Shown piece after piece: positions 20,392 to 28,609 of a stretch of 64,000 bases of DNA. The translations under genes and the position numbers were made by a program. The notes under the pieces are model-generated. The model worked only from the letters and a program-made list of their open reading frames with translations. It was not told where the DNA came from and searched no databases. Each line of letters opens with the position of its first letter. Within the stretch, counting starts at the first letter, position 1. The DNA is from an uncultured Muribaculaceae bacterium (GTDB lineage Bacteria; Bacillota_I; Bacilli_A; RF39; UBA660), in assembly GCA_964616645.1 (NCBI GenBank), contig CAZTUM010000001.1, positions 9,318-73,317 of the forward strand, in the 5' to 3' direction.

Positions 20392-21480
20392 ATGAAAAAA
20401 ATTATAACGATTGTTGGTGCGAGGCCTCAGTTTATTAAGGCTGCAATGGTTTCTAAAGAATTAAGAAAAAAGTTTAAAGAAATTATTGTTCATACTGGAC
20501 AACATTATGACAGTAATATGTCTGATATATTTTTTAAACAGTTAAATATTCCTACTCCTGATTATAACTTAGGTGTCGGTTCTGGTTCTCATGCAGTACA
20601 AACTGGTAATATGCTTATTGAGATTGAAAAAATTTTATTAAAGGAAATGCCTGATTATATTTTAGTATATGGTGATACTAATTCTACTTTAGCGGGTGCC
20701 CTTGCGGCTTCTAAGTTATTAATCCCTGTAATTCATGTCGAAGCTGGTTTAAGATCATTTAATATGTGTATGCCTGAAGAGCAAAATAGAGTTCTTACTG
20801 ATCATATTTCTAGTGTGCTATTTTGTCCTACTGATATTGCTGTTAATAATCTGATAAAAGAAAATATTAATAATAATGTATTTAATGTTGGAGATGTGAT
20901 GTGTGATTCTGTTCTATACTATTCTAAATTGGCATGTGACACTATTAATAAAGAGAATATTAATTTGAATCCAATATATGATAAAAAAGTCATTGATAAA
21001 TGGTATTTAACTACAATTCATAGAGCTGAAAATACACATGATGAAAAGAATATATGTAGTATTCTTAAGGTGTTAAATAATTTAAATGATATGGTTATTT
21101 TCCCAGTACATCCTAGAATTAGAAATATTATTGATGAATTATATAAGCATAATCATTATGATAATATTTATTTTGTAGAACCAGTTGATTATTTGACTAT
21201 GCTATATTTAACAAAAAATTCTATTAAAGTTATTACAGATTCTGGTGGATTACAAAAAGAATGTTATATATTAAATGTACCTTGTATAACAGTTAGAGAC
21301 CAAACGGAATGGATAGAAACACTTGCAAATGGTTATAATGTTTTATCTACTCCTACATATGATGATTTATATAATAAAATTATTGGGGCTAATATCTTGA
21401 AACATAATATGAAGATTGATTACTATGGTAATGGCAAAGCATCGGAAAATATTTGTGCTATCTTGGAAAAAATTGATTAA
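20392..21480 (+). CDS. wecB: Non-hydrolysing UDP-N-acetylglucosamine 2-epimerase (WecB / WbpI-like).
   Basis: N-terminus MKKIITIVGARPQFIKAAMV, plus the HTGQHYD and LVYGDTNSTLAGAL motifs of the WecB family. Confidence 0.85.
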   Translation: MKKIITIVGARPQFIKAAMVSKELRKKFKEIIVHTGQHYDSNMSDIFFKQLNIPTPDYNLGVGSGSHAVQTGNMLIEIEKILLKEMPDYILVYGDTNSTLAGALAASKLLIPVIHVEAGLRSFNMCMPEEQNRVLTDHISSVLFCPTDIAVNNLIKENINNNVFNVGDVMCDSVLYYSKLACDTINKENINLNPIYDKKVIDKWYLTTIHRAENTHDEKNICSILKVLNNLNDMVIFPVHPRIRNIIDELYKHNHYDNIYFVEPVDYLTMLYLTKNSIKVITDSGGLQKECYILNVPCITVRDQTEWIETLANGYNVLSTPTYDDLYNKIIGANILKHNMKIDYYGNGKASENICAILEKID

Positions 21481-21485
21481 TATTA

Positions 21486-21525
21486 AAAGGGGCTGTAATG
21501 AAATAAGATAAATTTCATTCAGTTC
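21486..21525. repeat. Left terminal inverted repeat of the IS element.
   Basis: aaaggggctgtaatgaaataagataaatttcattcagttc. Confidence 0.8.
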
Positions 21526-22543
21526 CTTTTTTCTGTTTTTGTTTAACATATGGAAATTTTTCTGCTTTTAAGTTATTTGATTTTTCCCAATATTTTGACT
21601 TTATTTTCTTTTTATCTAATAATGTAAAAAATTTACGAATGTTTATACCAAGACACATCAGCATAAATTCACAAGAAACTTTTTCTAAACCACGTCTTCT
21701 AACTCTTATGTATTGCATATTTTGTTTTAATTGACCGAAGGTTCCTTCTACCTGAATACTTCTATTAATTCTTATTTCTATTCCTTCAGGACTAAGCAAA
21801 TTATTTCTAGCTTGTTCTTTTAATAGTTCATATTCTGGAATTAATTCAATAAATCTATAGTCATTGTCTTTATTTTTTAATTTCTTTTTACAAATATAGG
21901 CATAACTACAATTATTACATCCAATAAACTTATATAACTTACCATCTTTATATCTTTGATGATGACTATAGTTAAAAAATACTTCTTCTCCAATACAAGT
22001 ATTTAAACACATAATTCCATCATCAAAAGTATAAAAAAGTTGAGGATTTTTGCCGCTTGATTCTCCTTGCCATTGTTGAAACTTTATATAATTACCTATA
22101 TTATGTTTTGTTAAATATTTATAGTTATCATATATTCCATATCCTGCATCGGCACAAATATTTTTAGGATATTCATTATAATATTTAAAATACATATCAT
22201 TCATTGAAATAAATGTATGTTGATCATCTCTATTTTGAAATACACCATACATAGTAATTATCCCACTTGATACAAGTACTTGAACATTATATCCAGCATG
22301 AAAGTCATGACTTAATTTAGAATAATAATCTTTTTTTAATACCATTGCTGTTGCATCTATATCAGTTTTATAATATGAGTTTCTATTATTACCACATATT
22401 CTTTCTTTTTCTTCATATTCTAGTAATTTAATTAAATATTCATAAAAAAGTTTATATGTTTTCTGTTCTTTTGTTAATCTTTTTCCTTTTCCACTTGGAA
22501 TAGAATATATATCAATTGAATTATCTGTTACATATTTATTCAA
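21515..22543 (-). pseudogene. C-terminal DDE catalytic part of the IS1182-family transposase. The apparent start is TTG, so it most likely continues from the upstream ORF.
   Basis: DDE region with DAGYGIYDNY and CNNCSYAYIC motifs; its frame is offset by 2 from the 183-aa ORF. Confidence 0.6.
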
Positions 22544-22569
22544 TATTTCATTTAGCTCATAACTTTTTA

Positions 22570-23121
22570 CTAAATCTTTTTTGGTAAATTTAAATTTAAT
22601 TCAAATAATAAATCCTTAATTTTAATATCTAGTTTTTTATGATAAGTAGTTGGTTTCCATACAAATTTATATTTATTTGCATTAGCTACTATTTTTGTTC
22701 CATCTAAATATTGATTAGAAATATCCAAATTAAATTCGTCTTCGATTGACTTAGTTATTAGTGTAAATATTTCATATTGATATGGTAATATATATTTATT
22801 TATACATTCTTTTATAGCATTATGACTAGGTTCTTCTTGGCGCATTAAATACATAACTCGTAAGTCAAATTTACACAAATCTTCTATTTCTCGTAATGAA
22901 CTTCTAAATTGAGAAAAACAATATAAAATAGTTGCAACCAAATTATAAGGATTATATCCATATCTTCCTTTTTTCTTTTTTTCATTTTCTATTATTATTC
23001 CAATTCCACTTTTATTTAAAATTGATATAAATTTGTCAATTTTAGTAAATTCCTCATTACATTTGTTTGAGGATACTAGAAAAAGGAATCTTTTTGTGTT
23101 AAAATATTCCACGTGATACAT
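22570..23121 (-). pseudogene. N-terminal part of the IS1182-family transposase, separated from its C-terminal part by a frameshift.
   Basis: 183 aa in a different frame from the downstream ORF; it ends 27 nt before the downstream ORF begins. Confidence 0.6.
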
Positions 23122-23206
23122 CTTCTTTCGTCAATTAGATTGTATCACAAAAATGGCGTTAGAGGTTAATTCTTCTATCGCTTTTATTATTTTAAATAAA
23201 GAAAAA

Positions 23207-23246
23207 GAACTGAATGAAATTTATTTTATTTCATTACAGCCCCTTT
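23207..23246. repeat. Right terminal inverted repeat of the IS element.
   Basis: gaactgaatgaaatttattttatttcattacagcccctttat, which matches IR-L in reverse complement at 39 of 40 positions. Confidence 0.8.
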
Positions 23247-24843
23247 ATTTATTGTTATTTTTTAAGTAGTTAACATAATCGTGTGCTATTATAGAGACTA
23301 CTGATGTTCTTTTTTTGAAATAATGCTTTAAATAGTCTTTTAGGGATAAGAACCCATATATATTTATATAGTGATGATAATAATTGTTATACATAATTTT
23401 AATTCTATTTAAATTTCTAATTATTATATTTTTACTAACTTTTTTATTTTTACCATATATTTGAGCAATTGGTGCATAATTTAATAACTCTGTGTAATAT
23501 TTTTCTATGTATCTTATATATTGCTTCCTATCTGCTTTTTCTTTATAATTACTATTTTTAAAATATTCCATTAATTCTTTGTCTATATATACTATGTACC
23601 ATTGCATTTTATAATACTCATATATTCTTATGGCATTAGCAATATATTTAGATTCTCTTTCATTTAAATCAAATATTTCTAACATATTGGCTATTTGTTG
23701 TGTACTTATTGGCTCGTCACTTAAATTAGTATTTATACTTTTACTTATTTCTTTTTCAAAGTATTTTTTGGTATTATTATTAAATTTATTAAATCTATAC
23801 GAATGAGTTAGAATGTATTCTTTTAGATTATTTGTTGTGTTATATTCCTCTTTAATCAAGTAGTCGTCACTTATTTCAAGTCCTGCTAAAAAGTCACCTA
23901 AATATCCTGGCGCAACTATACATTCTTGATTTATTATTCCTTTTTTTATTAATTTATCTATTGCAAAATAATCCTGAATTACGGGTATAGCTTTTCCTCT
24001 TCCTAAGTAATCTATAATTTTTTTGTGTTCATTTTTATTATAATACATTTTTTGCATTTCTTTGTGTTTATATTCCACAAAATACAGTGGATATTTTAAA
24101 TATTCTGCAACTTTTTTTGCTGTTTGATATTCTGGATTTTTCTTTTTATTTCCGTATGTATAACATATTACATTGTCATAGTTGTTTTTTCTTAGATGAT
24201 AAGCAATTAATCTTGAATCGTAACCTCCACTTAAAGGTATTACGATTGTACGTTTATTAGCAAATGTTATTAATCTTTTTATTGCATTGTCGTACTTTTT
24301 ATACATTTTTTTAAATATTAATTCTTCTTTTTCGTTTATATTATTTTCACATTTATAAGTAAAATATTTAATTTCTTGAACTTTATTATTATCTGTTATA
24401 ATTGTAATTGTTGATGATGGTACTTGGTACACATTATTATATACTGTTTTATTATTACTACATGTACGTAGTGCTAATAGTTCTTCAATATTGTTTTCGT
24501 TGAATTTTAAATTATTGAAATTGTTAATGTCATCTGTTATTAAGGTATTTTCTTTATTTTTGCTATATAATATTGGAAAGCTTGCAATTATATCTGTTAT
24601 TAAATAATATAAATTATCTTTTTTTATGACTATCGAGAATGCTCCATTTAAATTTTTTACTAATTTAAGTATTTCTTTTTCGTTTTTAGCTTCTTTTACT
24701 AAATTTAATAAGTCTTCTTCTCTTAGTAATTTGTTTTGATAATAAGCATAACCTATAACATAACTATCTTCATCACTATACCATTTGAATGCATTGTTAT
24801 AGTTTAGTTTAATGTTAATATTTTTCATTATTTCAATACCCAA
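23245..24843 (-). CDS. Asparagine-synthase-family PP-loop amidotransferase (second copy). It has no N-terminal Cys2 glutaminase nucleophile.
   Basis: PP-loop IPLSGGYDSRLIAYHL. Its stop codon overlaps the last 2 nt of IR-R. Confidence 0.55.
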   Translation of the reverse strand: MGIEIMKNINIKLNYNNAFKWYSDEDSYVIGYAYYQNKLLREEDLLNLVKEAKNEKEILKLVKNLNGAFSIVIKKDNLYYLITDIIASFPILYSKNKENTLITDDINNFNNLKFNENNIEELLALRTCSNNKTVYNNVYQVPSSTITIITDNNKVQEIKYFTYKCENNINEKEELIFKKMYKKYDNAIKRLITFANKRTIVIPLSGGYDSRLIAYHLRKNNYDNVICYTYGNKKKNPEYQTAKKVAEYLKYPLYFVEYKHKEMQKMYYNKNEHKKIIDYLGRGKAIPVIQDYFAIDKLIKKGIINQECIVAPGYLGDFLAGLEISDDYLIKEEYNTTNNLKEYILTHSYRFNKFNNNTKKYFEKEISKSINTNLSDEPISTQQIANMLEIFDLNERESKYIANAIRIYEYYKMQWYIVYIDKELMEYFKNSNYKEKADRKQYIRYIEKYYTELLNYAPIAQIYGKNKKVSKNIIIRNLNRIKIMYNNYYHHYINIYGFLSLKDYLKHYFKKRTSVVSIIAHDYVNYLKNNNK

Positions 24844-25841
24844 GCATTTGGAATATTTCTTCCTCCTGACCCTTCCTGTGTCGATGGTGTACTTACATAA
24901 TCTCCTTCGGCGTACATAATCGATGAGTTTCCACCATCTAAATTACAAGCATTATAAGCTCCATATCTTAATAATAAATTTGCCATTTGTTTTATACTCA
25001 TACCAACTATTCCGTTTGAATACTGTCTTCCATCGGATACTAGGAATAATACTATTCCATCTTTTCTTTGTGCAATCGCGGTTCTTTGAGCTTTTCCTAA
25101 GCCTCCGTCTCCTTTAAACTGTGCCATTTTACCATTTATTATTAAAAATGGTCCAAACTCTACCGCGTCTACCAGTCCATATCTATCTATAGCCGTTTGA
25201 GGTTCTTCTGTTGTAAGTATTAATATATTATCCTTATTAAATCCTACTATACCTCCGTTTTTACCTCCTACAGCTTCATTATCATAAATTATTTTCCCAT
25301 CCATTATAACTGCTCCTGTTGGAATTTTTGTTCTATTTTTACCATATAGATATCCACTTGCATTTATAGCAATTATTGCATTATTTTCCTCTGCTATTTC
25401 ATCTATTTTTTGTTTACCTTTATTTGATGAAGATACTAACTCTACACGTGATGGGTCATATATTACTGCTAAATAAGCTTTATATCCATCTTCTTCAATA
25501 GTTAATATTTTATATAAGTCATTCCCTTCATCTTTTTTTAATATTTGTTCTTCATAAATAGATGAATACGTTTCTTGTTCTTTAATATTACCTATTTGAA
25601 TAACACTTGTATCAATTTCGTTTGTTAAGCCAATTATACCGTTTCTTTTTAAAACATTTTCTATCATATTATCAGTATAAAATGTTCTAGCTATATATTT
25701 ATGAGTCATCGTGGACATCGCATTAGTAACTAAGAAATCTTTTACAAAAGTAAATGGCCCATAGAACAAAAATAATGTTATTATGGCTAATGTATCTATT
25801 ATCATAAATGTAATTACCCATTTTTTAGTTTTTCTTTTCAT
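24828..25841 (-). CDS. Membrane-anchored phosphodiester glycosidase family protein (NAGPA 'uncovering enzyme'-like, DUF2233).
   Basis: N-terminal TM helix; C-terminal RTAIAQRKDG...LFLVSDGRQ...NACNLDGGNSS, characteristic of the phosphodiester glycosidase family. Confidence 0.6.
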   Translation of the reverse strand: MKRKTKKWVITFMIIDTLAIITLFLFYGPFTFVKDFLVTNAMSTMTHKYIARTFYTDNMIENVLKRNGIIGLTNEIDTSVIQIGNIKEQETYSSIYEEQILKKDEGNDLYKILTIEEDGYKAYLAVIYDPSRVELVSSSNKGKQKIDEIAEENNAIIAINASGYLYGKNRTKIPTGAVIMDGKIIYDNEAVGGKNGGIVGFNKDNILILTTEEPQTAIDRYGLVDAVEFGPFLIINGKMAQFKGDGGLGKAQRTAIAQRKDGIVLFLVSDGRQYSNGIVGMSIKQMANLLLRYGAYNACNLDGGNSSIMYAEGDYVSTPSTQEGSGGRNIPNAWVLK

Positions 25842-25843
25842 GT

Positions 25844-27229
25844 TTACCTCCCAATTATATATGGACTATCATTTGTTCCTTCACCTGATAGTGCAATTAG
25901 ATTACCATCTAAATATATTACTGGTCTTATTTTTTTTGTATCGTTTATTTTTGATGCATATAAATTATTATTTTCTTCTATTACGTATAATATATTATTC
26001 ATATGGTCTTCTATTCCCAGTGATGTTAAGATATTGCTATGTGTATTTATGTATAAGTCTCCTATTTGGGGTAGACCAATGTATGTTTCAATTTTATTAT
26101 TATATATTAATCTATAATCATATGTATCTGTTTTATATTTACCTATATAGAATGGCCCTTTAACTAAGTATTCTTTATTTTCTAAGATATTGTAATAGTC
26201 ATTATTTAAATAATAAGCTATACTATCTTTATCTTTTATATCAAAAGTATTATTTTTTTTAGAAAAAATACTTTCTTTATCTATATCATCTTCTTCTATA
26301 TAGTCTTCTAATATCACTTTAACTGATGTATCTTGTTTAGAAATAATTCTCCATATTTTATTACTATATTCTACATATTCTCCCACACCAACATTAATTA
26401 GTTTGTAATCTTTATATTCATCTATTAAATAAGGATTTTCTATAGTGCCATCTCCAGATGTTAATAATAATTCTCCATCTATTGTTATTACTGGTCTTAT
26501 ACCATAGTGATTAGTATTATATTTTTCTGTTTTATTTATACCTCCTTTATCGAATACGTAATATAATTTATTAGTATTATCAAAATCCATTAACCAAAAA
26601 TACTCATTAATATTTAGGTATCCCTCATTAGCACCTGAGTTTAAATAGTCATTTAGACTTAGTAAAGTTAGTTTATATTCACTATTTTTAGTATTACATG
26701 TAATATTATCTATTTCTTCTATTTTATCTTCACAATAAATAGTATTTTTTAGGACTTCTTTATTATTTAAAGTATTATAAAATATTGAATAGGTATCTAT
26801 ATCATTTAAATAATTATTAATATATGATGTTTTATAGTTTGCTTCTTCACCATATGGGAGTAATGTTTGTATTTCTTCTGTTATTAATGTAATATTATTA
26901 TTTTCATCTATTTTTACTATTCTCCATAATCTACCAGAATAATGGATATAGTTATTAGTAACTTGTCCTTTAAAATAATATTCATTTGTTAATTCATTTT
27001 TAACTAAAGGGCTTGTTATCCCACTTAACTTATCTTCTTCGCTTGTTAAATATGTTAATAGATGATTATATATAGATATTGGTTCTGATATTTGGGTATT
27101 GTTATCTGTGTTTTTATGTTCTAATCTATAATAATGTATAAATCTATATCCATATATAATAAATAGTATGATGATAAATAAGATACTTGTATATATAAAT
27201 ATTTTGTCTTGTTTTATTTTCTTTCTCAT
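25844..27229 (-). CDS. Membrane-anchored extracytoplasmic protein with an internal duplication; function unknown.
   Basis: A single N-terminal TM helix. Two repeat units each end in IRPVI(T/Y)(I/L)DG(E/N)L(L/I)..SG(D/E)GT...(N/S)PY(L/I)I. Confidence 0.45.
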   Translation of the reverse strand: MRKKIKQDKIFIYTSILFIIILFIIYGYRFIHYYRLEHKNTDNNTQISEPISIYNHLLTYLTSEEDKLSGITSPLVKNELTNEYYFKGQVTNNYIHYSGRLWRIVKIDENNNITLITEEIQTLLPYGEEANYKTSYINNYLNDIDTYSIFYNTLNNKEVLKNTIYCEDKIEEIDNITCNTKNSEYKLTLLSLNDYLNSGANEGYLNINEYFWLMDFDNTNKLYYVFDKGGINKTEKYNTNHYGIRPVITIDGELLLTSGDGTIENPYLIDEYKDYKLINVGVGEYVEYSNKIWRIISKQDTSVKVILEDYIEEDDIDKESIFSKKNNTFDIKDKDSIAYYLNNDYYNILENKEYLVKGPFYIGKYKTDTYDYRLIYNNKIETYIGLPQIGDLYINTHSNILTSLGIEDHMNNILYVIEENNNLYASKINDTKKIRPVIYLDGNLIALSGEGTNDSPYIIGR

Positions 27230-27243
27230 TTTACACCTACTTA

Positions 27244-27915
27244 CTAAGCTCCAAAGTCATTTTGATAGCTAATTATACTGGTACTAATAATTCCATTCAT
27301 ATCTTTAAATTTATCTAATATATCTGTTTTTTCTTCTTTTATTTCTATTTCAAATGTTATTTCTGCTGTATCTTTGGTAATAGATTTACTTTTTAATTTA
27401 TGTTTAGGTAACCTTTTAATTTTTTCCATTACTTGTTTATCAATATCTACTTGATACTTTATAATAAATAGATATTTTGTTTCTTTTTTAAAACCTATTG
27501 AATATGTTATAAAATACAATAGCCCTAAAGCTACTGTTGCCACTAGGGCTACCAAATATAGTCCTGCACCTGACATTATACCTATTGTTATAGACCAAAA
27601 CATAAATGCAGTGTCTACTGGTTCTTTTACAGCTGTCCTAAAGCGAACGATTGATAAGGCTCCTACCATACCTAGTGATAATGAAAGGTTAGAATTGATT
27701 GTCCTTATTATTAATGCAGTAATCATACCTAATAGCATTAGGCATAATGCAAATGATTTTGAATATACAACTCCATTAAATGTTTTTTTGTATACATATA
27801 TAATGAATAAACCTAAGATAAACGCAGTTATTAAAGATAGAGATACATCTACTACACTTATTTTCCCAGTAAATTCATTTAATACACTTTTTTTAATTAT
27901 ATCTGTAATTCCCAT
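27244..27915 (-). CDS. DUF4956-family integral membrane protein.
   Basis: Multi-pass membrane N-terminal half plus a soluble C-terminal domain; occurs in the CotH/VTC context typical of this family. Confidence 0.55.
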   Translation of the reverse strand: MGITDIIKKSVLNEFTGKISVVDVSLSLITAFILGLFIIYVYKKTFNGVVYSKSFALCLMLLGMITALIIRTINSNLSLSLGMVGALSIVRFRTAVKEPVDTAFMFWSITIGIMSGAGLYLVALVATVALGLLYFITYSIGFKKETKYLFIIKYQVDIDKQVMEKIKRLPKHKLKSKSITKDTAEITFEIEIKEEKTDILDKFKDMNGIISTSIISYQNDFGA

Positions 27916-27928
27916 AATAAATACTCCT

Positions 27929-28609
27929 TTATTTTAAATTTCTACAGGTAGCAAATTTTGAATATGCTTCCCTATTTAGTGATACAGTTGATAATATAAT
28001 CGCGATTGGCTCTGGTAGTATCTCGTTATATTTAACTTCTAAAATTAGATAATTATCATCAATAACACTTGTATATGTACTATCATTATCAAATAAACAA
28101 TAATTATATACACCTGATTTTATTTGTTCATCAAATGTTATTCTTACTTCTGATATTGGATAGGTATATGCTAGTCTTTTATAGTCCACTATTACGGATG
28201 GAGAAAGATGTTTAACTTTCATATCTATAATAAATTTTTTTAAGATGTTATCTTTAGTTATATCTATATCATCTATATTACCACTTAATATTTTACTACA
28301 AATTTCTTTACTTAGCAAGACTGATTCTTTACTGGTCATATTATTATGTTTATATTTACATTCTAGTTTAATAAAGTTATCTTGCAGATTGTATATTCTA
28401 ATACGATATTTTTTTCTATATAGAACTCCATCTTGTTTTTCATGATAAGCAGTGCTGTTTAAATCATCAAAGTATAAGCTTCTTATTAAATAGGTGTTAT
28501 CTTCATTATATGAATTTTTATCTATATCAAGTAATAAAGATAATTTTTGTTTTAATATTTGTGCTGTTTGTTTACTAATTAAATATTTAATTTCATGTCT
28601 ATATTTCAT
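27929..28609 (-). CDS. VTC-domain (polyphosphate-polymerase-like, triphosphate-tunnel fold) protein.
   Basis: N-terminus MKYRHEIKYLISKQTAQIL...IRSLYFDD matches the conserved start of bacterial VTC-domain proteins. Confidence 0.6.
   Translation of the reverse strand: MKYRHEIKYLISKQTAQILKQKLSLLLDIDKNSYNEDNTYLIRSLYFDDLNSTAYHEKQDGVLYRKKYRIRIYNLQDNFIKLECKYKHNNMTSKESVLLSKEICSKILSGNIDDIDITKDNILKKFIIDMKVKHLSPSVIVDYKRLAYTYPISEVRITFDEQIKSGVYNYCLFDNDSTYTSVIDDNYLILEVKYNEILPEPIAIILSTVSLNREAYSKFATCRNLK

Larger units (their letters stand above)
21486..23246 (-). mobile_element. IS1182-family insertion sequence of about 1.76 kb, with 40-bp terminal inverted repeats and a frameshifted transposase.
   Basis: IR-L at 21486-21525 and IR-R at 23207-23246 are reverse complements with one mismatch in 40 nt. 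Internally there are two consecutive minus-strand ORFs (183 aa and 342 aa) in different frames, which together resemble a roughly 525-aa IS1182/IS5-type DDE transposase (DAGYGIYDNY motif). Confidence 0.75.

Noticed and set aside
25844-27229. The 461-aa membrane protein as the missing EssB or EsaA of the T7SS.
   Set aside because: Its topology is a short N-terminus, then a TM helix, then a large extracellular part. EssB has a roughly 200-aa cytoplasmic pseudokinase before its TM helix, and EsaA is about 1000 aa and polytopic. It is also in a different operon, 5 kb away.
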